From assembly GCA_964016885.1 (NCBI GenBank), contig OZ024741.1, positions 27,590,001-27,654,000 of the forward strand: 64,000 bases of DNA. The letters are read 5' to 3'. This DNA comes from Eledone cirrhosa (Eukaryota). Positions 27,601-38,175 of the stretch are shown here, one piece after another. The notes beneath the pieces are model-generated. The model worked only from the letters and a program-made list of their open reading frames with translations, was not told the DNA's origin and searched no databases. The position numbers were made by a program, and so were the translations under genes. Position 1 is the first letter of the stretch, and every line of letters begins with the position of its first letter.

Positions 27601-30600
27601 AATACAACTAACTAAATACCTTCCATTGGTATCACTGTGAAAGCAGGGTTAGACTGTAGATACTCTAACTGAAAGTCAAACTCAACTGGAACTTCAGACG
27701 TCAAAGAAAATACTTTTTCTAACCTGAAGAAAAATGAAACAGAAGAAATGTGAAAATTAAAATTATTATTATGAGCCGGAGTAATGCTGATGAGGAAAGA
27801 CGAGAACAAGAGGGACACATTAGATAACTTCAGGCCCATAACACTGCTCAACAAAGAGTTTAAGAGTTCGCAAAGGTTGGCGCTTGTCGTCGAGGATTTG
27901 GTAGGGGAGGTGCAAACTTGTGCAATGCCTACCAGATCCATACATGACACCTCCTCCTCATGCAATAGATGAGAGAGGCTAGGGTGTAAACGTGGCTTTG
28001 GTGAGGCTCTGATCAATTTAGATCAATCGACAGCTTTTGATAGGGTCGACCATCGATACCTGGAGGCTGTCCTCAAAGCAGCTGGCTTCGGTCCCATCTT
28101 CAGAGGCTGGATCGCTGCAATGCAGTGATATCTGCTTGGTGGTTAAAGTTAATAGCCACCTTTCAGAACCGTTTCAGGTCTCCCGATCAGTCCGTCAAGG
28201 GTGCCCTCTCTCCTCCCTTCTGTACGTATTGACTCTTGAGCCTTAACTACAGGAGCTGGAGCGGTTGCAGAGCATCCCGCTGAAACCAGGATGCGGAAGG
28301 ACAGTATCAGCTTATGCAGATGACATCACCGTGAGGGTGTCAAACACCTCAATTTCCGAGGTGTTCGACACCCTCTTGGAAGAATATGAAATGTTGACAG
28401 ATGTGAAACTAAACCCGGAAAAGTCAGTGGGCTTACAGCTCGGCACCTGCAGAGGCAAGAAAATTGTGATGCCATCTGGCCTTTGTGGCCCCCTCAGTCT
28501 ATCTCAACCAGTTCAAGCTGCAATGGTAAACCAGCAGTGTCCAAGTCATACTTAATGGTCTCATTGAAAGTGCCATGGCATGGGAATGTGGCATGACAGT
28601 GGATGAAGGCTGAAAGTATCTACCATATGAAAGGATCCACAGTGGCATTTGTGTTGCTTACAGACCCAAATGTTGAGCCTCAAGGTAACACCAATATGTT
28701 TTTATTAATTCCTCCAACAGCCCTAATCCAAGTTGAAAAGTGTTCCAGTTATAACAATGTATACATTATTCCCTGTCCTTCTCATCTTACCATCTTTTTC
28801 ACCTCTTTTTATTATTAAGAATAAAAGACTATTAAAATAAAACATGCAAATGTGGAAAATTTTATGTAAAACAGATAAGAAAATGGAGTGAAAACATTAC
28901 TGTCAACTTTGGTTCTCAATAAAGAATAGATGTGAGAGGATGGCAAATACCAACAACAACAACACCAACAAGCAAGCAAGCATATTGTAGACTTACTTTT
29001 CACCAATGGGAGTTGGAGGGAATTTGCAATTTTCTGGGAAACCATCGGTTTTCATCACTGGATAAGCATGGAGAGGTACGACAATATTTTCATCTCCCTA
29101 TCAATAAACAAACTTTATTATTTACATGGAGGTGATGAATTAACAGAATCATATGAATAACAGATACAATGCTTTTACAGTATTGATTTTTGCACTTGGA
29201 CTTACGATCATGTTGTGGATTCTTAGGCACAAGACCCACAATTTGTGGAGAGGGGTAAGTCAATTACATTGACAACCCCAGTATATGACAGGTATTTCAT
29301 CAATTTTGGAAGACTGAAAGGTAACATCCATTTTTCCATGCTAGCATGGGTTAGACGAGTTGCCCCGTAGTGAGACAAGCCAGGTCGGGTGACCATATCT
29401 TGCTCATACAGAACTGATTTTGGCTTGCTTTCTACAACTGGATACCCTTTCTAATACCAACCACATTTACACTGTGGGCTGGGGGCTTTTTGTCACGACA
29501 CCTACCTGACCACTTTACTGTGTGGGCTGGGGGCTTTTTGTCACGACACCTACCTGACCACTTTACTGTGTGGGCTGGGGGCTTTTTGTCGTTACACCTA
29601 CATGACTACTTTACTGTGTGGGCTGGGTGCTTTTTGTCACGACACCTACCTGACCACTTTACTGTGTGGGCTGGGGGCTTTTTGTCACGACACCTACCTG
29701 ACCACTTTACTGTGTGGGCTGGGGGCTTTTTGTCGTTACACCTACATGACTACTTTACTGTGTGGGCTGGGTGCTTTTTGTCACGACACCTACCTGACCA
29801 CTTTACTGTGTGGGCTGGGGGCTTTTTGTCACGACACCTACCTGACCACTTTACTGTGTGGGCTGGGGGCTTTTTGTCGTTACACCTACATGACTACTTT
29901 ACTGTGTGGGCTGGGTGCTTTTTGTCACGACACCTACCTGACCACTTTACTGTGTGGGCTGGGTGCTTTTTGTCACGACACCTACCTGACCACTTTACTG
30001 TGTGGGCTGGGTGCTTTTTGTCACGACACCTACCTGACCACTTTACTGTGTGGGCTGGGTGTTTTGTCGTGACACCTACATGACTACTTTACTGTGTGGG
30101 CTGGGTGCTTTGTCGTGACACCTACATGACTACTTTACTGTGTGGGCTGGGGGCTTTTTGTCACGACACCTACCTAACCACTTTACTGTGTGGGCTGGGG
30201 GCTTTTTGTCGTGTCGCCTTTACAACCACTTTACAGTTAGGCTGGGGACTTGGGTGGGAGGAGGTGTGTAGGGATTGGAGTTACATCTGGGAGTGTGTGT
30301 GAGGGGAGGAGTGTTCGAGCATGGGTGGAGTGTTAGGACATGGGAGGTACAAGAGGGGGAGGGGCATGGACTGCCAAACTACCACCTTTCGGAAAAGTTA
30401 TAACACTGAAACTATCAAATAGCTCGTTAATATTATCTCGTTAATATTATTGATGTTCCTATTCCAATCTGAATAGACACAGATCTTCCAAGTAAATAAA
30501 AATGAAAGTTTAACAAGAATATGTCAACATTTTTTTGTTAAATATGGAACTTACAGGACAATGAACTCTGACACTATCATAATAATACCTCCACTCTATC

Positions 30601-31722
30601 GGAAGAAATTCTATTTGACATAGCATTTGTAGTCCAGTACCAAGGTAACTCTGTCAAAGAAGAAACAACAGATGAAAATATATTAACATCTTCTGGTGGA
30701 TGTGTTAATGTTGATGTGCAGGAAAAACAAAGCATGGATGAGCTGAGAGAAAAAAAAAGACATAAGAGGAGGGTTGAAATGTAGAGAGCAAATGAGAAGA
30801 CAGCACTGGTATAGACATGCCATGTGCATAGATAATGAGCATTGGGTCAAGAAGTGTAAAGAAATCTTAGTGGAAGGAAGCTGGAGTAGAGGAAGACCTA
30901 GGAAGATGTGGGCAAATATGGTGAAAGCTGATCTTGAATTTCTGAACAGTAAATGTTGATTTTTGCTGCATGGTACCATATAGGCCACTTAGTGGCAGTG
31001 CAAGTATAATACTTATTGTTTCTCTACATCTTTTTAAAACCTAATTATATTGTTCTCTGAAAAACAATAGATATGTCATTTCCTATAATATTAGTAGTGT
31101 GAAAATCTCTGAGGTCTGGCATCTTTAGCTCCAATTCTCTCATAGAACCATAGGTCATAGTAACCTCCCTAGTCTGGATGTCCCAATAAAATGCACTTGA
31201 TAGAGCATGAGACCATATGTAAGCAAGATGCACACTCTCCCTCTCATACCCATCTGAGAGTTCAGGAGCCCAGCTTGAGTACTAATTCAGTTTGTGAAAA
31301 TCCATCCAATCCTTGCTAGCAGGAAAAATAGATGTTAAATGATGATGATGATGGAAATAATATGTGTGGGTGTATGTATGTGTGTGTATAAATGTCATCA
31401 TCATCATCACTGTTTTACATCCGTTCTTCCATGCTAGCATGGGTTAGACGGGTTGTACTGTTGTGGGCAGTGTCCAGTCAGCTGACCTTGTCTTGCTCAT
31501 ACAGGAACTGATTCTGGCTTGATTTCTACAGCTGGATGCCCTTCCTAACACCAACTTCATTTACAGTGAGTGCTGGGTGCTTTTTTTCAGTGGTGCCTAC
31601 AACGTCCATTTTACAGTGTGGGCTGGGTGCATTTTTTGCCGTGGCACCTCCACGACCACTTTGTAGTGGGAGCATATTGTCTATATGCTTCAGCTTGTAC
31701 CCGTGGGAAGTCAGGTCTTCTG

Positions 31723-31757
<35 letters not shown>

Positions 31758-33174
31758 GTCTTTGGAATATATTTATAAAGCTTTCAGTGTTGCTATAAAA
31801 CAACTTGGTAGCATACTTACAGACTTCTCATAGTGTATTTTGAAGTACTTTGTCTGTGGGGGTAAAATTTGGATGCTGAGCAGATTCTTGGTAAGGTTTG
31901 TAAGACTGAGCTGTTTAGAATATTTCTTTTCCAGGGAAAATACCTCAAAATGCAAAGCCAATGGATTAGCTAAGATGGCTTTACTCTCTTGTCCAGTTTT
32001 ACGGAAAATCTCTGAAAAAAATAAAAATAAGATACAAAAAATGTGTAGAAATGGTTTACATCAATTGGAATTTTGGATAAAAGAAAATATTTACTCAAAA
32101 ATAAAAGAAAGAAATTTACAATACATCATTTGAATATTAAACATTTTTTTTTAATTAAATAGCAAAAGTAGTGGAAAAGGGGAAGGGAGCAGCAGACTAC
32201 ACTTCAGTCTAGGTGGTATATCTTAGCTCTGTCATGTGAACAAAATGACAAAGAATAACCAGCAACCACTGCTAAATCAGCTATGGTACCTCATTGCGAG
32301 TCTGGTACTTTCTTCAGGCAGATTGCAATTTTCCTCATTTTGTAGAAGAAAACTGCAGTCAGGGTCTGAAGACAATGGAGGTCTCATCACCCAAAAACTA
32401 CTGTATAGACTCGTGTAAACATTTTTTTACACTAAAATTACATAAGAACCAGACTCCCCACGAGGTAGAGTAGCTGATGTAGCGGTTGTTGCTGGCCATT
32501 CTTCATGGCAATGCCTTTGCTGTTTTGTCCAAATGGTACCGTCAAATTATTTGGAAATAGGTGCTTCTGACAGGACCCCTGAAAAGCGTATCATAGGACT
32601 CTGCTCTAGACCCTCTCAGAGATATGTGAAGAAGAGGAAGATAAAATGTACTTGTTAGAATGCAGAATGTATGTAAGCGAGATGCGAACCTCTATCCTGT
32701 CTGGAAGGTGAGTGGTCCCACTTCAGTACAGACTTAATTGATGAACACCTGTCTAACTCTAACAAGGAAAGTGCATGTTAAATGATGATGATATGATGAC
32801 ATAGTATATTACTGTAAATATATAATATTCTCTACTTTGGTATTGAGAACTTCTTTTTACAGGTGTGTGAACCAAAACATATATATATATATATATATTG
32901 AGTATATGTTGGTTGTTTACCGACACCTCAGTATGCAGATTGGAGCACTTGATATATGATTCCAGTTCCTCAGAGAAATAACAACCCAACCAGGAGCTGG
33001 ACATATTGGAGTATTGACGGAGTAAAACACTTTAACAACACGTGTACCTGTCTCTACCACACCAATTCGAACTGCCTGAAGAGGTCACAGCCAATGATGG
33101 CTGTCACCGAAATATATATAGCAGTACATCTTTAATAAAAGAAGCCAAATCTTAAATATTTGACTTAATTACTT

Positions 33175-33205
<31 letters not shown>

Positions 33206-36200
33206 ACCCATGCTAGCATGGAAGATGGACGTTAATCGATGATGATGATGATGATAATACTTGCACTGGCAAATTTATCTCCGAATTATCTCCTCCTTGC
33301 CCAACCATGCACCATGGAAAGCCAGGCTTTCCCCACAATACCACTATACATCACTTACTTCCCCTAAAACCACCCCAGCCTCCCTTCCATGGGCTAGTAA
33401 CAGGCAGTCTAAACATCACTCTCATCCTTCCCAACCCAGACAAGTATATACATGCTCTAGTGTTGAAATGCGGTAGTAGCAATTCCCCAATAAAATGCAC
33501 TCAGCCCACACTGGAATATGAAACTGCTGGTGTCCCAATAAAATACACCCAGCCCACTCTGTAAAGTAGTAGCATTGGTGTGACAAAAAAAGGCACCCAG
33601 TCTACTCTATCAGATGGTAGCAGTAATGGTAGTTATACAAGAAAGTGAATCCAGTATATGTGGTAAAGTGGTTGGCATCCAGCCGTAGAAACCATGAGAA
33701 AATGGAATAGATGAGTAAGATAGTCATTTGACCTGTCTAGCCTCAGAGCATGACACCTGCCTAATCTATAAAAACTTGGAAAATAGACATAAAATGGTGA
33801 TGATAATGTAATATAACTCTATATGTTTTCTACGGTTCTATGAAAATTCCCAGTTGGAAAATTGCCAGCCGGAAGATTGCCACGTTGAAAATTGCCCATG
33901 GGGAAAATTGCCATTGAGACAATTGCCAGTGCGGAATATTGCCATTGACAAATTAAAACACACACACACACACTGACACATACACACACACTGACATACA
34001 CACACACACATTCCAAAGCATTGTCAGATAAATAGATTCAAAACCTTCAGTAAAACCTAAAGCACTGGCAATATTCCTCACTGGCAATTTTCCGCCCGGC
34101 AATTATCCAACTGGGAATTTTCCGTGCACGGTTTTCTACATAGTTTTCTAAAATTTAGCAAACATGCATTTTAAAGTAACTTATTCCATAGATGTATTAA
34201 TGCATGTAATTGTAATGATTCCCTTGAAATAACTATCTGAGGAATTTGTACCACCCCCTGGTCTATATCTGAGAAATTTGTACCACCAGAGTGCTACATC
34301 AGAGGAATTTGTACCACCTCTGGTTTACACCTGAGGAATTTTTATCACCCCAGTGCTACATCTGAGGAATCTGTATCAACCTGGTTTACATCTGAGGAAT
34401 TTGTACCACCCCTGGTCTATATCTGAGGAAGTTGTACCACCTCTGGTCTACATCTGAGGAATTTGTACACCCCTGGTCTACATCTGAGGAAGTTGTACCA
34501 CCTCTGGTCTACATCTGAGGAATTTGTACCATCCCTGGTCTACATTAGAGGAATTTGTACCACCTCTGTGCTACATCAGAGGAACTTGTACCACCTCTGG
34601 TCTACATATGAGGAATTTAAGCCATTCTCTTTTCTGCTATTTTTCCTATGGGATGATGTGTTTTTAACGAATATGGGCATAAAATTTCACCTCGAAACCC
34701 GAGAACTTCGAGAAAGTGTGTGTGTCTCCCCTCCCCACTCCCATTAACTAAAAAATGAATAATTTCCGGCAGTTTTGTAGTCCAGATCTGTTTAAAAGAC
34801 ATCAGAAACTATTGGAAAAATATAAATTTCACCATTTTAAGCGAGGCGAGTGCAGTTGTAAAGAAAACTCCGAAGGTGTCACCCCCACCCCACACCATTA
34901 ACTTTTTTTTTAAATGAATAACTTTCGATAATGTTGAAGGTCCAATCCAGGCCCTTCTCACTCCTGTTGGAGGAATCCCTCATTGGTTGACTTCCACCAC
35001 TTTCTGTTTGCTTTTGGTTATGTCTTCAGGAGTGCAGTCGTACTCACAACGCTTCGCCAATCGCCGGTTGGTGAAGCTATTGGCGATATCCAATTTTAGT
35101 GGACTAAATGCTGCTTACGTGCTGTAGCTGCTGTTTACTTCAATGTATGAGGCTATTCCAACAAATTTACATTCCCTTTTTTTTAGCCGTTAAAAGAAAT
35201 ATAGATTTATTTTTCTCAAGATACGTGGACGATATCCTCATCCTCACATCTTCCCAAGACACGGCGAACAGAATCTATGAGACGTTCAACAACACGGACG
35301 AGAACATTGACTTCAGTGTTGAACACCCCAACGAAGACGGGTCACTTGCCCTCCTCGACTTCCGAATCAATATCACGGAACAAGGAGGGATCCACTGCAA
35401 CTTCTACCAAAAGGCAGCCTGCAGGGACCTATTCATTCACTACAAGTCCGCCCTCCCTAACAGTGCCAAAAGAGGATACATCACAAACGAGATCGCGCGA
35501 ATCAAAAACAGATGCAGCGATCCCGCCAGTGGTGTCACTCATACCAAGCGATTCCTCGAGGTGCTGGAGACGAACGGGTACCCTACCTCGATCACAGACA
35601 GAATAGGAGACACCAGACGCAAGAGACAGAGAAGCACCCAAGGCAAGTGCTTCCTTAAAATTCCACACCTGGGCGATAAAACCACCAACGCTATCCGCAA
35701 GGCTATACGGAGGGAGGGCCTCGACATCCACCTGGCCCACTCGGGCCCCTCCCTGCGAAGATGCCTCTCCAGGAAACCCGAAAAATCTACTGACGCATGC
35801 TCCCTCAGAGACTGCCCGATACGCCATGCTAACTGTTGCCTATGCACATACATCGTGTATAAGATAGAATGTGACAGGTGCAACCAATACTACATAGGTA
35901 GCACAATTCGACCTTTGCACATCCGGATCAAGGAACACATTAAAACCAGGGCCTCGTCTTTCCGGAAACACATAGACAAATGCGGAAACAAAGACGGAAG
36001 GCCCATTGTCACAATTCTAGCGACTGAAAGAAACGTCGGCACGTTACGTATTAAGGAAGCGCTTCTTATCAAACAACTGCAACCGCAAATAAACAACCGA
36101 ATAGAGAGAAGCGAAATGAAATGGCTGGTTTAAGTTAACAAGCGATGCAACAACACACAACACACGCAAACGAGACAACTACACACACACACACACACAG

Positions 36201-38022
36201 TAGCATTCCACCATACGAACATACTACAGTGCCAATACAGATGAACAAGGCAACAACACACGCACACACACACACACACTCAAGCGAGACAACACACGCA
36301 CACACACAGTAACATTTAACAAACAGGCAGAGAATGGACTGACAGCTAGCGCCATCCCACTCCCTCATTCGGCCGCTGACCTCTGTACGACCGACCCCAT
36401 TTCACGCGCACGCGCGCTCGGCCGAATACCTGATATTCAAATCAACAAACAGCGAAAGACGCGTTCCGAGTTGTCTGACAGACAACCTTTTCCCCCACCC
36501 CGGAAAAAACCCCAGTTGATGGATGTGAATCCGAAATATATAGGGACTATTAAATCTCTCCCAAGGTAACTCTCTCTTGTGTTGTTATTATTATTTTTAT
36601 TCTTTTACTCTTCCCTTCATTCTACACATCTCACACATCTTATACACACTACGCATCTCAACGTACACCCACTTACATATCTCTCTCTCCACCACCGGAC
36701 CTTGTTACCCGGAGATTTACCCATTTGCATTGTCGAGGCTTCCAAACGACTTATAGATTTATTTGTTTTGTTTTTTTGCGATTTATTTGCCTCTGGGGCA
36801 TAGATTTCTTTATTTGCCTCGTTTTTGCCACGATTTCTTTATTTGCCACGGGGGAAGTTTTTACAAAAATCAAGTACAAACATTTAACGAGTGATTAAAA
36901 AGGAATGTATGAGGCTATTCCAACAAATTTACATTCCCAGAACGAGGAAACTGTGGGGATGTCGCCGGCCAACAAATGGTTTGTACAGGTAAGAGAAAGG
37001 AGCACCCCCCTCTCTCTGTGCTCCCTGGCAGAAAGGTCGCACACTTTCTACGGGGGTGCGTGTGACCCCAAAAGGCTAATAAATCGCAAAAAAACAAACA
37101 AACAAAAACGTGGCAAATAAAGAAATCTATGTCCCAGTGGCAAATAAATCGCAAAAAAAAAACAATAAATAAATCTATATTTCTTTTAACGGCTAAAAAA
37201 AAGGGAATGTAAATTTGTTGGAATAGCCTCATACATTGAAGTAAGCAGCAACTACAGCAAGTAAGCGGCATTTAGGCCGCTAAAATTGGATATCGCCAAA
37301 AAGGGAATGTAAATTTGTTGGAATAGCCTCATACATTGAAGTAAGCAGCAACTACAGCACGTAAGCAGCATTTAGTCCACTAAAATTGGATATCGCCAAG
37401 CTATTTAATCCATATCTGAGGAGTTCATCTGCCCTTTTAATAGCTCGTTTTTTTTGTCTGTTGCTGGGACTCCACTTACGCCTCCTCACCAGACATTGGT
37501 TTGGTGAGAGAACCGATTTAGTCGCCGACCACTCGACCATGAAGCAGGTTTTTGTACAGGGTTACATGGTATCAGGGCCTATGAGAAAGGGGGGGGGGGG
37601 GGGCAGCCGGTACTTTGTTCTGGGGCCCTAGAGCTAAGAAGGCCCCACAGGAACCATGCAACATCCATTTTGGGGGAAATCTTTGCCTGCTTCGGGCCTC
37701 AAAGGGGGTCTTGTACCGCCTTGCAAAATTTCTCTAGGAGGCCCTGGATGGTACCACTAGCAGGCAGAAGCCTGGCATGACCAGATTCGTTCAAAAGACA
37801 TACATACAAAAGAAAAAAAACATAGGAAAAACAGTTTTCACTTTCGACGACAGATGGGTGTAATTGTAAAAAATAACCAACTTCGTATAAACTTATTAAC
37901 TTACTAGTCTCTAACAGGTGGTTAGGAACTGGCGGTCGTTCTTCCAGAGATTCCACTAACTGGAATGTATCCAAAAAGTTACTTCCTTTATCTCCCGAGG
38001 CACAATCCAGTTCGGTTGCCAT
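959..38022 (-). CDS. CFAP221: Cilia- and flagella-associated protein 221 (PCDP1), 5' portion; spliced, 15 coding exons in window, 3' end beyond left edge
   Basis: Exons 37905-38022, 31821-32011, 30555-30650, 28997-29097, 27620-27723, 26674-26830, 20117-20243, 19547-19658, 17390-17436, 10545-10697, 8871-8951, 5633-5728, 3917-4010, 2280-2410 and 959-1051 join in phase with GT-AG sites (1701 nt, no stops). Motifs [38 protein letters not shown] and the IQ-like [14 protein letters not shown] match CFAP221 as I recall it. Confidence 0.93.
1124..1323 (+). mobile_element. tRNA-derived SINE family 1 (representative copy)
   Basis: A box tggcagtatcggtaga, B box gttcaaatcc, core actttgcctttcatccttacggggtcgataaaataaagtaccag, (att)n tail. 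Other copies at 2884-3066, 5237-5340, 10912-11565 (x3), 27022-27190, 40330-40518, 46257-46312, 49637-50050 (x2) and 59747-59937. Confidence 0.9.
2280..2410 (-). CDS. CFAP221: CFAP221 exon (DYQQNERF...HPEENTK)
   Basis: AG/GT sites, 131 nt, phase 1->0. Confidence 0.85.
2764..3645. repeat. Long inverted repeat (~300-bp arms, 104-bp spacer; SINE in left arm only)
   Basis: 2764-2880 plus 3066-3241 is the reverse complement of 3346-3645 with few mismatches. Confidence 0.92.
3398..3516 (+). ncRNA. Hammerhead-like motif with ~95-nt stem II
   Basis: gtt-CCGATGA-gctgctctat...atggagtagc-GAAAC-aatt-GTA-aac; inverted copy at 3071-3189. Confidence 0.55.
3917..4010 (-). CDS. CFAP221: CFAP221 exon ([11 protein letters not shown]...GPDAI)
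   Basis: AG/GT sites, 94 nt, phase 0->1. Confidence 0.9.
4365..4409 (+). ncRNA. Degenerate type I hammerhead motif
   Basis: Stem I taagct/agctta; CTGATGA; (G)AAAC-agatct-GTC with the catalytic G missing. Confidence 0.55.
4665..5460 (-). mobile_element. Degraded RTE fragment with internal tandem duplication and a SINE insertion
   Basis: Homology to RTE C-terminus ([19 protein letters not shown]); ~88-bp unit repeated at 4760-5010. Confidence 0.75.
5633..5728 (-). CDS. CFAP221: CFAP221 exon ([11 protein letters not shown]...RFIQAAHK)
   Basis: AG/GT sites, 96 nt, first half of IQ-like motif. Confidence 0.9.
6436..8862. repeat. 48-bp minisatellite with a 1146-bp higher-order duplication
   Basis: Unit ttcattagaaatatggtaatgaaagggttaatgacatagacagtgtct, ~50 copies; rare variants recur 1146 bp apart. 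Confidence 0.97.
8871..8951 (-). CDS. CFAP221: CFAP221 exon (CKFKPN...RRTMRQYNQ)
   Basis: AG/GT sites, 81 nt in frame. Confidence 0.82.
9180..10035 (-). mobile_element. Degraded RTE RT fragment
   Basis: ORF 9735-10139 contains AEVLKASG...[12 protein letters not shown]...LDEMQ, homologous to the main RTE ORF. Confidence 0.85.
10545..10697 (-). CDS. CFAP221: CFAP221 exon (AVAFEK...EERQNQLRW...GDDPMS...EAYK)
   Basis: AG/GT sites, 153 nt in frame. Confidence 0.92.
10858..10895 (-). ncRNA. Ultra-minimal hammerhead-like motif (second copy at 11663-11700, plus strand)
   Basis: tcct-CGGAAGA-a-gagat-taat/atta-atctc-GAAA-ta-TC-agga. Confidence 0.5.
10912..11565 (-). mobile_element. Three tandem SINE family 1 copies
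   Basis: Each copy separated by the repeated target aaaggaactataaataat. Confidence 0.9.
12420..12680. repeat. RTE 3'-UTR unit array (~5 copies)
   Basis: gtggcacctccacgaccactttacagtgtgggctgagtgttttttcc. Confidence 0.9.
12909..12959 (+). ncRNA. Hammerhead-like motif (truncated inverted copy at 51529-51572)
   Basis: agttt-CAGAAGA-t-ccc-gttaa-ggg-t-GAAAgca...tgcTT-aaact. Confidence 0.5.
13100..14522 (-). mobile_element. RTE LINE 3' fragment nested in a Helitron
   Basis: ORFs 13789-14262 and 13490-13717 are nearly colinear with the 53-55 kb copy; (CAT)n tail at 13100. Confidence 0.92.
15434..15527 (+). ncRNA. Type I hammerhead motif, U3-A8 core variant
   Basis: Stem I acccc/ggagt (ggggt in copy at 15914); TTGAAAA; stem II ggctattt/aaatagcc; GAAACggc-ttgagctct-gccGTC; inverted copy at ~15768-15862. 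Confidence 0.65.
16576..16637 (+). ncRNA. Type I hammerhead ribozyme motif (PLE/retrozyme-type)
   Basis: Stem I gagctgta/tgcagttc (extends with gaacag/ctgttc); core CTGATGA; stem II gggt-gat-accc; GAAAC-attagt-GTC cleavage site. Confidence 0.75.
16864..16960 (-). ncRNA. Type I hammerhead ribozyme motif with extended stem II
   Basis: Minus strand: perfect 8-bp stem I agacatat/atatgtct; CTGAGGA; GAAAC-gatt-GTA. Confidence 0.75.
17390..17436 (-). CDS. CFAP221: CFAP221 47-nt exon ([15 protein letters not shown])
   Basis: ttttag acceptor, gtaagg donor; bridges phase 1->0 as needed. Confidence 0.8.
17905..18770. repeat. 48/55-bp minisatellite in an RTE 3'-UTR-derived element
   Basis: Unit gtaaagtggtcatgtaggtg...aaaagcatccagtccacact(atatact); followed by the RTE tail to 18930. 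Confidence 0.95.
19547..19658 (-). CDS. CFAP221: CFAP221 exon ([10 protein letters not shown]...AVCKVLNQ...)
   Basis: AG/GT sites, 112 nt, phase 0->1, conserved EIEY..FP..AV..VLNQ pattern. Confidence 0.9.
20117..20243 (-). CDS. CFAP221: CFAP221 exon (ENALKKF...SPESPPQ)
   Basis: AG/GT sites, 127 nt, phase 2->0 fits neighbours. Confidence 0.85.
20622..20760 (-). mobile_element. mariner terminal remnant
   Basis: TATTAGGTTGG terminus; minus-strand [12 protein letters not shown] resembles a mariner transposase C-terminus. Confidence 0.65.
21014..26380. repeat. ~5.4-kb 48/45-bp minisatellite
   Basis: Unit ggtaccagcactaccactttatagaatgtacaaggtacatattattgt, >110 copies. Confidence 0.98.
26674..26830 (-). 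CDS. CFAP221: CFAP221 exon (GIVPENG...ISQFNFKP...PGLQ)
   Basis: AG/GT sites, 157 nt, phase 1->2. Confidence 0.92.
27620..27723 (-). CDS. CFAP221: CFAP221 exon ([17 protein letters not shown]...IPME)
   Basis: AG/GT sites, 104 nt, phase 2->1. Confidence 0.92.
27780..28460 (+). mobile_element. Tx1/L1-clade LINE RT fragment (pseudogenised)
   Basis: [33 protein letters not shown] and SAYADDIT across frameshifts. Confidence 0.85.
28997..29097 (-). CDS. CFAP221: CFAP221 exon ([15 protein letters not shown]...PIGE)
   Basis: AG/GT sites, 101 nt, phase 0->2. Confidence 0.93.
29460..30240. repeat. 48-bp minisatellite with a 3-unit higher-order pattern
   Basis: Unit tgtgggctgggggctttttgtcacgacacctacctgaccactttactg, within an RTE 3' tail. 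Confidence 0.96.
30555..30650 (-). CDS. CFAP221: CFAP221 exon (SYLGTG...[14 protein letters not shown])
   Basis: AG/GT sites, 96 nt, conserved EWRYYYD motif. Confidence 0.93.
30700..30950 (+). mobile_element. RTE C-terminal fragment
   Basis: WYRHAM...WVKKC...RGRPRKMW. Confidence 0.7.
31821..32011 (-). CDS. CFAP221: CFAP221 exon (IFRKTG...[16 protein letters not shown])
   Basis: ttttcag acceptor, gtaagt donor, 191 nt, phase 1->0. Confidence 0.92.
33071..33125 (+). ncRNA. Type I minimal hammerhead ribozyme motif
   Basis: Stem I actgc/gcagt; CTGAAGA; stem II ggtcacagcc/ggctgtcacc; GAAA-tatata-TA with palindromic loop 3. Confidence 0.78.
33834..34130. mobile_element. MULE/foldback-like MITE
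   Basis: Inverted arms built of ~15-bp ggaaaattgcc repeats; exact 9-bp TSD gttttctac at 33825-33833 and 34131-34139. Confidence 0.8.
34236..34618. repeat. 31-bp minisatellite
   Basis: tctgaggaatttgtaccacctctggtctaca, ~12 diverged copies. Confidence 0.9.
35082..37397. mobile_element. Non-autonomous long-TIR DNA transposon (Merlin-like) hosting the Penelope insertion
   Basis: Termini GGCGATATCCAATTTTAG.../...CTAAAATTGGATATCGCC; ~200-bp TIRs, with the outer ~100 bp of the right TIR tandemly duplicated; exact 8-bp TSD aagctatt at 35074-35081 and 37398-37405. Superfamily is inferred from GG termini plus 8-bp TSD. Confidence 0.8.
35213..36751 (+). mobile_element. Penelope-like element, 5'-truncated (RT C-terminus + GIY-YIG endonuclease + pLTR), possibly Naiad clade
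   Basis: [25 protein letters not shown]; [26 protein letters not shown]...EALLI....PQIN; CxxxxC linker; 13-bp TSD tatagatttattt at 35200-35212 and 36752-36764. Confidence 0.92.
37573..37746. mobile_element. hAT-like MITE
   Basis: TIRs cagggcct..gagaaa/tttctc..aggccctg; imperfect 8-bp TSD catggtat/gatggtac. Confidence 0.65.
37905..38022 (-). CDS. CFAP221: CFAP221 first coding exon (MATELD...VPNHLLET)
   Basis: ATG at 38022; donor gtaagt; ends phase 1. Confidence 0.85.
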
Positions 38023-38029
38023 TGTTGAT

Positions 38030-38175
<146 letters not shown>

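Noticed and set aside
35108-36133. Intact autonomous Penelope or selenoprotein-type Naiad ORF
   Set aside because: Most of the RT upstream of YVDD is absent, the N-terminus is TIR-derived, and the visible part has no in-frame TGA.
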